IMG/VR virus record: IMGVR_UViG_3300020048_000009
Span: 32,001-96,000 of that record
Source: a virus
Taxonomy: Duplodnaviria > Caudoviricetes
DNA: 64,000 nucleotides
Direction: 5' to 3' (one strand)
Part shown: one piece after another, positions 30,191-39,847 of the stretch
Position numbering within the stretch: the stretch's first letter is position 1
Layout: each line of letters starts with the position of its first letter
Notes under the pieces: generated by a model
Database searches by the model: none
What the model saw: the letters and a program-made list of their open reading frames with translations, nothing else
Told to the model about the DNA's origin: nothing
Position numbers and translations under genes: made by a program

Positions 30191-31723
30191 TTACTCACCA
30201 GGAGCGACAGGCGTACCAAAGTCTTTAGCTGTAGGGGGTAGTTTAGGTTGAGCATTCGCTTCTCTATCCCATTGAGCCTTCATTGATTTAGCACCGGTCT
30301 CAGACATATCTTCCCAATACCAATAACGTGTTTCAGGTTTCATCTTTGACTTGTAATCAAACATTTTACCAGACTTAGTTGTAGGTTGAATTTTGAAGTT
30401 GATGTTTGTGATGTATTTGATTTGGTCATCAGGCGATAACATTTCAAACTCTGCAACAGCAATCGGCTTACCTTGAGCGATCTTGATCTCTAATGTCTTA
30501 GCACCAGTATTAGGAATAGAAGCTTGGCTTGTAGATTGTATACCTGTTTGAAGGTTCGCTGTGCGTCTGGCTGAATCATTATCAGTTAACCAACCTTTAG
30601 CACCGACTCTATCTGTAGGAAGAACATCTGGACCTGCTTCACCCAACTTCTGATATTTCTTATCGGCGGCTTTTATTTGATTTATACCTTTAGTGATATC
30701 ATCTGGAGTGATTTTATTTTTTATTTTATTATACATCTCCATTATTTTGTCTTTGCCGCCCATATTATACCAGTCAGTAATACTGTCTAAACTATAATAA
30801 GTAGCCAATGCTGCCACAATTTGTACTGAGACACTTGCTAAAACCCCTGCGAGTGCTCCAGCTAAAATGGCGCTTTCTTTCACTGGTTCCTTCTTGAGTT
30901 CACGTTTTGATTTATATTCGTTAACAAACGTACAGAATTCTTTGATATCCTTCTTCATCCAGTAGCTGATATCTTTTTCTTTACCAGTTAATTTATGACG
31001 AATCTCTTTCACGAATTTGTCACAGCAAGCTTTGTCAGCAGCAGTTTTACATTTCTTATCTTTGAATACTGCAATGGTCGTAACAGGTTTCTTTTCTGCT
31101 TCTTCCATTTCTTTAGAAAGATCATATGTTTTATAAGATTCTTCTATAGCGTTACCAGTATAAGGATCTTCATTACTTAGGTCAGGAGCATCCTCGATAT
31201 TCTCGAAACAGTCTGTAATGAATTCTGCGATCGCTGTAACCTCATCAATGCCGAATTCCTCGCAGCAGTCATCATCTTCTGCGCCGCAAGTAACTAAAAC
31301 AACATTCTCCTTAATCAGTTCTATTTCTGCCTTCTGTGTAATAGGATCGCCTGCTTTAATTACTTCTAGGATATTCTCATCTTCATTGAATTCAATTGAA
31401 TAATCAAACATGCCTTCTAATTTAGCTCTAAGGTCTGTACACCAACAAATGTCATCTGAATCAATATCTCCTATATCGTTTTCAACAATTTCATCGTCGC
31501 CAATATCATCTGTTGAAATAATAGGTTCAGCTTTGACGCTGCTAGTAGTCGCCATTCCATCTTCTTTAATGACTTTACCTGTAGGCGCTGCTTTAGTTAC
31601 TTTAGGTTTTGAAACAGCAAATACCGGTTTCCCGGCATTTGGTTTCTGGTTGCAGCATGCTTTACTTTCAGAAATAACCTGTAAGTAAGCATCTGTTATT
31701 TTATCTTCATGCTTTATATACAT
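30191..31723 (-). CDS. acidic late protein, possibly head core/internal
   Basis: many (I/V)xE sites; D/E-rich. Confidence 0.75.
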   Translation of the reverse strand: MYIKHEDKITDAYLQVISESKACCNQKPNAGKPVFAVSKPKVTKAAPTGKVIKEDGMATTSSVKAEPIISTDDIGDDEIVENDIGDIDSDDICWCTDLRAKLEGMFDYSIEFNEDENILEVIKAGDPITQKAEIELIKENVVLVTCGAEDDDCCEEFGIDEVTAIAEFITDCFENIEDAPDLSNEDPYTGNAIEESYKTYDLSKEMEEAEKKPVTTIAVFKDKKCKTAADKACCDKFVKEIRHKLTGKEKDISYWMKKDIKEFCTFVNEYKSKRELKKEPVKESAILAGALAGVLASVSVQIVAALATYYSLDSITDWYNMGGKDKIMEMYNKIKNKITPDDITKGINQIKAADKKYQKLGEAGPDVLPTDRVGAKGWLTDNDSARRTANLQTGIQSTSQASIPNTGAKTLEIKIAQGKPIAVAEFEMLSPDDQIKYITNINFKIQPTTKSGKMFDYKSKMKPETRYWYWEDMSETGAKSMKAQWDREANAQPKLPPTAKDFGTPVAPGE

Positions 31724-31741
31724 GTTAATATCTCCTGTTAA

Positions 31742-32176
31742 TTACTTAACTTTCTTACCATTAGGAGCTACTGCGATAACTTTTGCTTTCTTACAGCATG
31801 TTTTGCTTTCAGTGATTTCTTCAGAACCTTCTTCTGGAAGTTCTTCACCGGCATCGCCTTCGCCTTCTGCAGCAGCTTTGAATTCCTTAAGTTCCTTCAA
31901 CCAGTCAGCCATTTGAGTATTTACTGCAGCAGCTTCTTCATCTTCTTGTTCTTCTGCATCAGCAGCAAGCTTTTCATAATTTGCAATAGCTTCATCAAGT
32001 GGATCTATTTCTTCTTCACCGGCGTCTAAATCAACATCATCAGTACCAGTGTCAGCAGCAGGATCCATTTCAGTATTTTCTAGATCTTCATCAGCTTCGG
32101 ACACAACACCTTTTCTGCCAGTGCTAAAAATTTTCTTGTAAGCATTTGCAATATCATTATCATATTTGGTATACAT
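31742..32176 (-). CDS. very acidic late protein, leader related to 30191..31723
   Basis: MYTKYDNDIANAY vs MYIKHEDKITDAY; ITESK.CC; TAAATA upstream. Confidence 0.75.
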   Translation of the reverse strand: MYTKYDNDIANAYKKIFSTGRKGVVSEADEDLENTEMDPAADTGTDDVDLDAGEEEIDPLDEAIANYEKLAADAEEQEDEEAAAVNTQMADWLKELKEFKAAAEGEGDAGEELPEEGSEEITESKTCCKKAKVIAVAPNGKKVK

Positions 32177-32274
32177 ATTCTCTTCCTTTATTAGTTTCGA
32201 ATTTATTTTATTTATTAAAAATAGTGTATATTTTAGAGGGGCCTTGCTATAATTATATTTATAAGGAATTAATT

Positions 32275-32709
32275 ATGTCTATTCAACAATTCAAGAGTAC
32301 CGTAGAGTGTCCAACCTGTAAGCATGAGCATAAGGTAGAATGGCCTGGTGATCACGCGCTTTTCCATATGGGGATGCACTACATCTGTGAGAAGTGTCGC
32401 TGTGATTTCCATGTAGAGGTACAGATTCAGGGTGTTACTTTCAAAACAACCCGGCATGATCCCCGAGAACAAGACCATTACTTGACGATTGATAAGCTCA
32501 ATGGTCGAGCGGATCTCTGGAAGGTATTTCCTTTTCCTAAGAATCTTCTTGCGCCGCTTCGCTGCTTAAACGGAAAGGTCGGTGATGATTCCTGGAGCGG
32601 CAACTGTTACATTGAAAGCTTTAAACATATCCCTTGGAGATGGGAATTGATCGGTCCAGACAGCAAAGAAAATCTTGTGGAGAAGGCAAAAGAGTTTAAA
32701 CGAAAGTAG
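32275..32709 (+). CDS. zinc-finger hypothetical protein (start moved to ATG 32275)
   Basis: CPTC...CEKC; AAGGA RBS before 32275. Confidence 0.65.
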   Translation: MSIQQFKSTVECPTCKHEHKVEWPGDHALFHMGMHYICEKCRCDFHVEVQIQGVTFKTTRHDPREQDHYLTIDKLNGRADLWKVFPFPKNLLAPLRCLNGKVGDDSWSGNCYIESFKHIPWRWELIGPDSKENLVEKAKEFKRK

Positions 32710-32828
32710 ATTTGTATACTGTATAACGTATCCTTTCTAGATATAAAGAAACCTATGGTTTTCATCCCATAGGTTTTTGCCCTCACGATTGGGCCTTTTG
32801 GATACAGATACGAATACAATCAGATACA

Positions 32829-34328
32829 TTACACGAAAGTATCATCATCTTCGTTCATATTAGCTTCTTCTTGCTGTATGTAATCCTCAAGACTACCACT
32901 GAATTTGCCGTTATGAACTAACTCATTATACTCTTTTAGGTACTGTTCTTCATCTGAACCTGTTACTTTATAACGAGGTTTGTTATCTACTTTTGGAATT
33001 CTGCTTTCTGCTGCAAACTCTTTTGATTCGCCTTTAAACCATTCCTTTATATACTCTATAAATTTTGAACGTTCAGCAGGGTTGTTAATGTTAAAGACAT
33101 CTGATTTATCTGTAGAAGGTTTGCCATTTTCAAAAACCTGGAATTGAATTTCTGCCATACCGTTATCAGGTTGAAATACTATTTGTATACCTTTTCCACC
33201 TTGCGTAGCGTCAGAATTTTCATAGAAGAATATCTTTATTCTGTTGTCTTTAAACTCTTTCTTGATTTCGTTAGACTGATAACCTTCCTTCTGATCAGTG
33301 AACCAGGTTTCATTCTTAAAGTTAAGCTGCACAGAAATGAATTCATTTAGTTCTGCTGCACTGTTAATGAATGTGGCATCACCTGTTTTTAGAGAACCAT
33401 TACCTTCATTTAGTTTAGCATACTGTTCTCTAGAACGAGCAGAATGGTTTCCTGATATTTCCCTTGCGGCTTTCTCTAATTTATCTTTAGGTATGTTATT
33501 ATATCTTTCATCTTCTTGTGATATTCTAAGTTCTTTTTCATCATCAGTTTCTTCATTTAGATTAATACTTTCAATATCTCTATTGACGTTGATATTACCA
33601 ATCGCTTTATTAACTGAATCTTTCCACTTGGCTAATTCCTGGATAAGTTCCTCTATGTTTGAACAGTCAACAGCGCCTTTATCATAATGTGCAGCGCCAT
33701 CTCTTACATTTAAATAGTCATCAATTGTTCTAGAAATGGTGTACGTATTACCTGGTTGAGTTTCTACCTCTGCGGTAAAAGTAATGTCGCCGTCTTTAGT
33801 ATAGATCTTGATTCCATAGGGTTCATCTTCTTCCATCGTCCAGTCTGAATCAAAGATATCAGCTTCATCGATCGCTCTGTATAGCTGTGCAATGTCTGAT
33901 TCGTCAGTTACTTCTTCAGGGATAGTACCAAACTCCTCACAGATGAATCCGCCCTTACCATATGTAAAGGTAATAGAATAAGGATACTGCGTTGTAACAG
34001 ATTCAGTTACAGGTTCAGGCGTCGCAGATTTCTTAGAAGTGAACAGTGGCTGGTGATTTAAAAAGTAAAAATCATAAACAAAGTCTTGAGTTACTTTTTT
34101 AGTAAGGGTATTGATATGTTTAGCATAACCCTTGTTTAGAAGTTTTGTTTTTAATTTCTTGGATTTAGATTCAGTAATTAAACTTTCAAATACCTCATCC
34201 ATTTCCTTGATGCTTAAAACTTTTTTGGATTTGATAAGAGGTGAAAATACTGATTCTAATATTGAATATTCTAAAAGATCTTGATTTGTAATCATATGTG
34301 TATATCCCGTTTTTATTTTATTTATCAC
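32829..34328 (-). CDS. acidic late protein with repeated (I/L/V)xE sites
   Basis: ILES, LITES, VTES, LNEE; GATAAATAAA upstream. Confidence 0.75.
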   Translation of the reverse strand: MINKIKTGYTHMITNQDLLEYSILESVFSPLIKSKKVLSIKEMDEVFESLITESKSKKLKTKLLNKGYAKHINTLTKKVTQDFVYDFYFLNHQPLFTSKKSATPEPVTESVTTQYPYSITFTYGKGGFICEEFGTIPEEVTDESDIAQLYRAIDEADIFDSDWTMEEDEPYGIKIYTKDGDITFTAEVETQPGNTYTISRTIDDYLNVRDGAAHYDKGAVDCSNIEELIQELAKWKDSVNKAIGNINVNRDIESINLNEETDDEKELRISQEDERYNNIPKDKLEKAAREISGNHSARSREQYAKLNEGNGSLKTGDATFINSAAELNEFISVQLNFKNETWFTDQKEGYQSNEIKKEFKDNRIKIFFYENSDATQGGKGIQIVFQPDNGMAEIQFQVFENGKPSTDKSDVFNINNPAERSKFIEYIKEWFKGESKEFAAESRIPKVDNKPRYKVTGSDEEQYLKEYNELVHNGKFSGSLEDYIQQEEANMNEDDDTFV

Positions 34329-34800
34329 AAAACGGTATACAAATCAAGATCTTTATATTAATCCGGCAGTGAAGTAGAATCAGTATTAATTATTTCATCT
34401 TCTATGCGCAGGGTAACTTCAACCGACCTGCACCAAATACTCACCTCAACCTTAAGGTTTTCTTTTAGATATCTCTTTATTTCTTCTTTATCCATTTTAC
34501 TCCGTTCAGGTTGATAGTATTATCGCAGTCCCAATTGTGAATACGATAAATCCTACAATACCGCAAATAGCTTCTTTCATGTTTACTCCTTAGAACAACA
34601 CACATCCTGTCCAGATTGCAAGGCCGGCAAAAAAGATGATACCAATAATCTGCTGCCAATCATCGAGGCGGGGATCAGGCGTCATGATGCAAGAAAACAT
34701 TTTGAAGAGGAAGAGAATGAACATTGTAATCAGATATGCTTTCATTTGGATGCTCCTTGTTTGATTGTTATAATATTATTATAACGTAATTTCTAAAAAA

Positions 34801-34998
34801 TTACACCTCTTCTGACAGTGTTTTTAAAAATTCTTTTTGATCTCTTGCTTTGTCGCGGCGCCGCAAATCTCTCTTTAAATTGGCATCACGGTTACGGGTG
34901 TTATCTGAACGTATACCACTTCCTAGAAAAATGTTTGGCGGCAAGCCTTTATTGCGAATAGCTCGACACGCTTTTTTATGCCGGTGTGTGTTACTCAT
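34801..34998 (-). CDS. small basic protein
   Basis: R/K-rich. Confidence 0.6.
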   Translation of the reverse strand: MSNTHRHKKACRAIRNKGLPPNIFLGSGIRSDNTRNRDANLKRDLRRRDKARDQKEFLKTLSEEV

Positions 34999-35188
34999 CT
35001 TGCTTCAATTCTTTCTGTAAGGAGCGTTTATCGATTGCCCGTGCACGACGATGTGAGATTTTGAGATTCTCACGCTTGTTCTGTTGTGAGCTTCGACCAT
35101 TCATTCTCCAGGGTTTAGCTCGATAGGATTTATTATTTTCGCCCCAACAGCGCTTAGACTCAATATCGATAGTATCATTCTGTTTCAT
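34991..35188 (-). CDS. small basic protein
   Basis: R/K-rich; C-terminus similar to 34801..34998. Confidence 0.6.
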   Translation of the reverse strand: MKQNDTIDIESKRCWGENNKSYRAKPWRMNGRSSQQNKRENLKISHRRARAIDKRSLQKELKQDE

Positions 35189-35214
35189 AATTTCCTAGAA
35201 TTTTGGTGTACAAA

Positions 35215-35460
35215 TTATTCTACTTGAAGTCTTTCAACTATGCCATTTCCAAGACATACTCCACATTCAAAAATATCTCCACCACATCCATCTTGACCAG
35301 ATCCATCACATTGGGGACAGGTAATAGCCTTCCACTTTTTAAATCCCTGTTCTTTAATACATTCACCGCATGGACGTTCTTCTTTTGTTGGATCAAAGTT
35401 TGAAATTGGTGCTCCATGATAATAGCAGGTAAGACAGGATTTTTGTACAATTTGTGCCAT
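35215..35460 (-). CDS. Cys-rich protein with DnaJ-type CxxCxGxG repeats
   Basis: CPQCDGSG, CGVCLGNG; AAGGAG RBS. Confidence 0.7.
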   Translation of the reverse strand: MAQIVQKSCLTCYYHGAPISNFDPTKEERPCGECIKEQGFKKWKAITCPQCDGSGQDGCGGDIFECGVCLGNGIVERLQVE

Positions 35461-35671
35461 AAAGTGCTCCTTGCTGCAACTTGTTATACTTATATATTAG
35501 CAAATGTTCTTAGAAAAGTATACCTAATATAATAAAAAAACGTGAACCAATCGCTTGATCCACGTTAAAAGGAATACGGACAGTTTACTTCCGCTTAATT
35601 TTATTTATCATTTCACAATAAAAAAATGATAATCAGTGTACAAAAAGTTCTAAGTTCTTTTAAATCATATA

Positions 35672-35863
35672 TTAATATCTTCGCCTGTGATGGCTGTCCT
35701 CATGGATATTGTACTCGTCATCATCCTTATCCCATCCTTCTCGGTGCTGGGATTCCCACTGGCCAAAGCTAAAGCGATCCTTATTCTTTGGTATGTTCTT
35801 TTTGCGAAGTGTAGCAGCTCTCTTATCTGAGCTGTCTGTCTCTTTGTGAATTGATTTGCTCAT
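35672..35863 (-). CDS. small charged protein
   Basis: ORF behind early-type promoter. Confidence 0.55.
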   Translation of the reverse strand: MSKSIHKETDSSDKRAATLRKKNIPKNKDRFSFGQWESQHREGWDKDDDEYNIHEDSHHRRRY

Positions 35864-36097
35864 GTTTTTATTTATTCGTTGTTCATTGAATACTTATATA
35901 TTATACTCTTATTTTAGAATAATATACTGGAATTAATCTGTTTTTATTAATTATTTTTCTCTAGAATATAAAAAATTGCAGTGTACATATAGTGATATTC
36001 GATGCAAGATTCTAATTACTTTTTTATGAATATCGGTGTACTTCCTAAGCAATACATCATATGATATTACTTTAAACAAAACACGAGGAGACTTTAT

Positions 36098-36376
36098 ATG
36101 ATTAAGTTACAAACGCCTATGGGTGATCTTTCGATTCCAATCGCACTGCTGAAGGATGGACAAACAGCAGTGATTACAAAATATGCAAACGGGTGTATGT
36201 ATAATGGACATATTATTATGCGTATGGGAAAGCATCTGATTAATATCACAAGTTGTGATTGGTGGTCTGATGCTTATTCTATTGGAACTTTTAACCGTGA
36301 TAACGATAATATCAATTATCGGTGTGAAGTTCTCCCCAATGGCACCACCCTTGTTGTATCTCAGCCGGAAGCATAA
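36098..36376 (+). CDS. hypothetical protein
   Basis: GAGGAG RBS. Confidence 0.65.
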   Translation: MIKLQTPMGDLSIPIALLKDGQTAVITKYANGCMYNGHIIMRMGKHLINITSCDWWSDAYSIGTFNRDNDNINYRCEVLPNGTTLVVSQPEA

Positions 36377-36381
36377 GCTAT

Positions 36382-36777
36382 ATGCAAACACTACACAATT
36401 GGATGTTATCATGGGGGTTTGATTTAGAAAAATCATTACTCCCTATTGGGCAATGTGATCAGCTGTCTTTCAATACACTATTATATACATCGCCTATTGA
36501 TGATTTAGTAGTTAACTTTGATGATAACACGCTTAGCATTCGCTTCAATGATTACTATATATCACTATATAGTAATAATGTCGGTACCTTAATTATAACC
36601 ATCGAAAATCCCCAGGATGGTGTTAATAAGATTTCTACGTATGCCATCACGCGGAAATTAAACGGCGAGTATTTCACCCTGGTCAATCATAAGAATCGCA
36701 ATAAGATTGACGACAAATATGTTGAAACTTTCACCTGGAGAGATTCTAAGAATAATCTTGAAATAATTAATACCTAA
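36382..36777 (+). CDS. hypothetical protein
   Basis: ORF in operon. Confidence 0.6.
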   Translation: MQTLHNWMLSWGFDLEKSLLPIGQCDQLSFNTLLYTSPIDDLVVNFDDNTLSIRFNDYYISLYSNNVGTLIITIENPQDGVNKISTYAITRKLNGEYFTLVNHKNRNKIDDKYVETFTWRDSKNNLEIINT

Positions 36778-36788
36778 CAGTGTACGTT

Positions 36789-37187
36789 ATGAAATTAACA
36801 GAACGAGAACAGAAAACATTAAACACTATTATTCGCTGCGGTGATATGATAGGTGTTACAAGAGGTGTTACAAGCTTTACTTTTAGATGGGCAAAGGAGA
36901 ATGTAACTGAACCTTGTCCTATCTGGAAGGATATTCGAGGATTGATTCGAAAGGATAAAGTGTTTGGTCTTCCTTTCAGTGCTCTTGGAATTCCTGGTAC
37001 ACATGTGTTTGTAACTAATTATGATCGATTCCTTATTGATACTTGGAATTATCATCCTAGATATATTAAATGGCTGCGTGAACATAATCGAACAGAAGAT
37101 CTTTGTAATGAATTTGAAGCTGTTATTATTGAAGAACATGGTTTAGAATGGTCTAAACAAATTAATTCAATGGAATATAAAGCTTAG
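36789..37187 (+). CDS. hypothetical protein
   Basis: ORF in operon (ATG 36789). Confidence 0.6.
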   Translation: MKLTEREQKTLNTIIRCGDMIGVTRGVTSFTFRWAKENVTEPCPIWKDIRGLIRKDKVFGLPFSALGIPGTHVFVTNYDRFLIDTWNYHPRYIKWLREHNRTEDLCNEFEAVIIEEHGLEWSKQINSMEYKA

Positions 37188-37373
37188 GTGTACATTAGCA
37201 TGATCTATAAAAACATACACGATGCGAGAGAAGCGCAGCATAAATTCCATGAGGAGTATGAAGCACTTTTAGAAAAATATGGTGCAAGTTTCTGGGAAAA
37301 TGATGATTGCGCTGGTTCGGGCTATTCCTTTCAATATCGAGATAATAAAGGAAATGTTCAAACTTTAGAATAA
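37188..37373 (+). CDS. small hypothetical protein
   Basis: ORF in operon. Confidence 0.5.
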   Translation: MYISMIYKNIHDAREAQHKFHEEYEALLEKYGASFWENDDCAGSGYSFQYRDNKGNVQTLE

Positions 37374-37378
37374 GTTAG

Positions 37379-37440
37379 GTGTATTTTTCCTAATTCATCT
37401 GTTAATATATAAGTATAACAAATCAACAACCAAGGAGTAT
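37379..37440 (+). promoter_or_regulatory. early promoter GTRTAT-N18-TANNAT plus ATAAGTATAACAAATCAA leader (representative copy)
   Basis: near-identical arrangement at about 37379, 41764, 42067, 43560, 45913, 47863, 50811, 53566, 54938; reverse copies near 28680, 29220, 34770, 35490. Confidence 0.8.
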
Positions 37441-37444
37441 TATT

Positions 37445-38746
37445 ATGAAACAAATTATTATCATATCAGTTATAGCTGCCAGTTGTCTTTTATATGGAGC
37501 GATAGTTGTTAACGGTCTGATTAAGATTAAAGATACTAAGAGTACTACAGAAACCATAGTAACAGATACCGTTCAATTAAAGAAATTGGAGCTAGATACC
37601 AAAGAAAAAGAGCAGCAACTAATTCAGTTGGAACTAAATAATAAATACGCCGATTTAGAAAAGGAAAAGATTAAAAAAGACCAAGAAGAGTTAGAATATA
37701 ATTTAATGGTAGAAAAGAGGAAACAGTCCGAAGAAACGCTTAAACGAGAAACCGAAGAAATTGTTGATGCTCGAAATAACGTAAGTGTTTTGTTTGCTGA
37801 TCTATATAACAGAGCAGGAAAATTAAAAATACAAATTCCTATATTGATTGATGAATTGACTTCTATAAATAGAGATATTCCTATTCTATTAGATAGAGTA
37901 TCTGAATATAAAAATACGATTGTTACTAATTCATACACTGTATTAGATGGGCGAGCAAGAATTGATTATACTAAGAAATATACTAGAACTCCTATGGAAT
38001 TTGTCGAAGTATTGAAGAAAGATAGAATAATATTGTCTATATTGATTAGGTATGATAACGTCTTATTTAAACATGAATTAGACAAATTTGTAAGAAATTT
38101 AGAATTTGAGAATAATAGGTTGAAAACGTCGTTTGCATTATTGGCAAGAAGTCGAAACATATATGGAAATAAATTATCAGATGCTAACACTTCTACAGAC
38201 GATATTAATAAGGCGTTTGAGAAAGAATTAGAAAAAATTAACAAGAGGATTGAATTTCTAAAGTTTAGATTGAGTACATTGGATGTGTCTTCAAATAATA
38301 AGGAAGCTAAAGAACAATTAAAGCGAGAAATTCAAGATGAATTAGGACACTCTGAATCTTCAGGTTTATATGCCGAAAAGAAGCGGCTTGAACAGATGTC
38401 AAAGTTGTCTGTTAACACTGCACAACATGCTGATGCATCATCTAGTGGTATATGTTCTAACTTTGATCTTCAGGAAAAGAACTTACGAGATGAATATGAA
38501 TCTAATGTTAAGAAATGTTTTGATGATATAGAACGATCTTTGTTGATGACATTGTATGTTAAGAAAGAAAATACTGAACAAATGTTAAAACATTCTAAGG
38601 ATGCTTTAGATTCTATACAGAATATTATTAGTAATTATTCTAATAAGAGTATTGATAATAAATCATTGTTAAAGATGAATAGTAAGTTTAAAGAGTTTAA
38701 AACGAATGAATTAGATGTATGTTTAGATACTGTATATAAAAAGTAA
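37445..38746 (+). CDS. membrane-anchored coiled-coil protein
   Basis: N-terminal TM segment then long heptad-rich helix. Confidence 0.75.
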   Translation: MKQIIIISVIAASCLLYGAIVVNGLIKIKDTKSTTETIVTDTVQLKKLELDTKEKEQQLIQLELNNKYADLEKEKIKKDQEELEYNLMVEKRKQSEETLKRETEEIVDARNNVSVLFADLYNRAGKLKIQIPILIDELTSINRDIPILLDRVSEYKNTIVTNSYTVLDGRARIDYTKKYTRTPMEFVEVLKKDRIILSILIRYDNVLFKHELDKFVRNLEFENNRLKTSFALLARSRNIYGNKLSDANTSTDDINKAFEKELEKINKRIEFLKFRLSTLDVSSNNKEAKEQLKREIQDELGHSESSGLYAEKKRLEQMSKLSVNTAQHADASSSGICSNFDLQEKNLRDEYESNVKKCFDDIERSLLMTLYVKKENTEQMLKHSKDALDSIQNIISNYSNKSIDNKSLLKMNSKFKEFKTNELDVCLDTVYKK

Positions 38747-38760
38747 AGGAAATAAATTAA

Positions 38761-39687
38761 ATGAAAAGATTAATTACTATATGTTTTTATATGACATGTT
38801 TATCATGTATTGGAATTGATTCTACTAATATAGTAGAGCTTCCTCAACAGAATAGAATATGGACCGCCACTGATGGAAATACCATAATGGCATATTATAG
38901 AGAATATAAAGATGCCGAAGATGTTGTATATTTTTTAAGAAAAGAAAAAGATAATTATAAGACAATTAGCATAAAATTTGATAAATTGATTTTAAAAGAT
39001 AGAAAAATTATATTTGATTATAATACAAATATAAAAAATAAAATAGAAAAGAAAGAACAAGAGATTGCTGATAATTTACAAAAAGAAAAAGAAGAAGAAT
39101 GTCGCTTAAAATTAATAGAAAAATATAAAAATATAAATTCTATAATTGGTAAATATAATATTCTATTAACAAACAGAACATTTAGTGTATACCATTATTA
39201 TTCGGGTAAAGATAGCACATTATATAATTCATTCTATATTAAAAGAATAGTAGAATTTAGGGATATAATAACTCAAATTAATGATGAAGCTAAAAGGCTA
39301 AATTTAATACAATATGATTTTGAAAATAAATCATTAGAACCAATTAATGAAGTTATATATTTATTTTGTATGACGTATTTTAAAAAAGGAAATGTATTAT
39401 CAATAACTAAAGATGGGGTATTATTTAAAAATAAAGATGAAATATTTCATATAATAAATCTTGAAAATCAAAATCATTTAGTTGATGGATCATATTTAGA
39501 TGGAATTTTTTGTTATGTTGATGGAAGATACCAATATGCTTCAGCAGATAATTCTTTAAAAACCGTAAGACAATATAAAGCGCTTTATCCTTATAAATAT
39601 TCAGTTGAAAATAAACAATTTATTGATATAGATATTATACCATTTAAGCAAATATTTCAAACATTGAAACCATTAGTACTATTTTAA
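38761..39687 (+). CDS. exported protein with SHD1-like N-terminal motif
   Basis: signal-like N-terminus; RIWTATDGNTIMA. Confidence 0.6.
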   Translation: MKRLITICFYMTCLSCIGIDSTNIVELPQQNRIWTATDGNTIMAYYREYKDAEDVVYFLRKEKDNYKTISIKFDKLILKDRKIIFDYNTNIKNKIEKKEQEIADNLQKEKEEECRLKLIEKYKNINSIIGKYNILLTNRTFSVYHYYSGKDSTLYNSFYIKRIVEFRDIITQINDEAKRLNLIQYDFENKSLEPINEVIYLFCMTYFKKGNVLSITKDGVLFKNKDEIFHIINLENQNHLVDGSYLDGIFCYVDGRYQYASADNSLKTVRQYKALYPYKYSVENKQFIDIDIIPFKQIFQTLKPLVLF

Positions 39688-39723
39688 AAGTGTAGCTGAA
39701 ATAGTATAATATATTCTTTTATA

Positions 39724-39847
39724 GGGACAGATGGTTGGTGCCATTTGGCATATTTATTCATATAATATGTCTAACCTATTTATATTTTTGATAAATAAAA
39801 TAGAGGTTACACCAATAACCTCTTTAAAATAAAGGTAAAACAATATG
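39724..39847 (+). ncRNA. kissing-loop endonuclease-leader cassette copy A
   Basis: H1 loop TTGGTG (39735-40) complementary to H3 loop CACCAA (39810-15). Confidence 0.75.
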
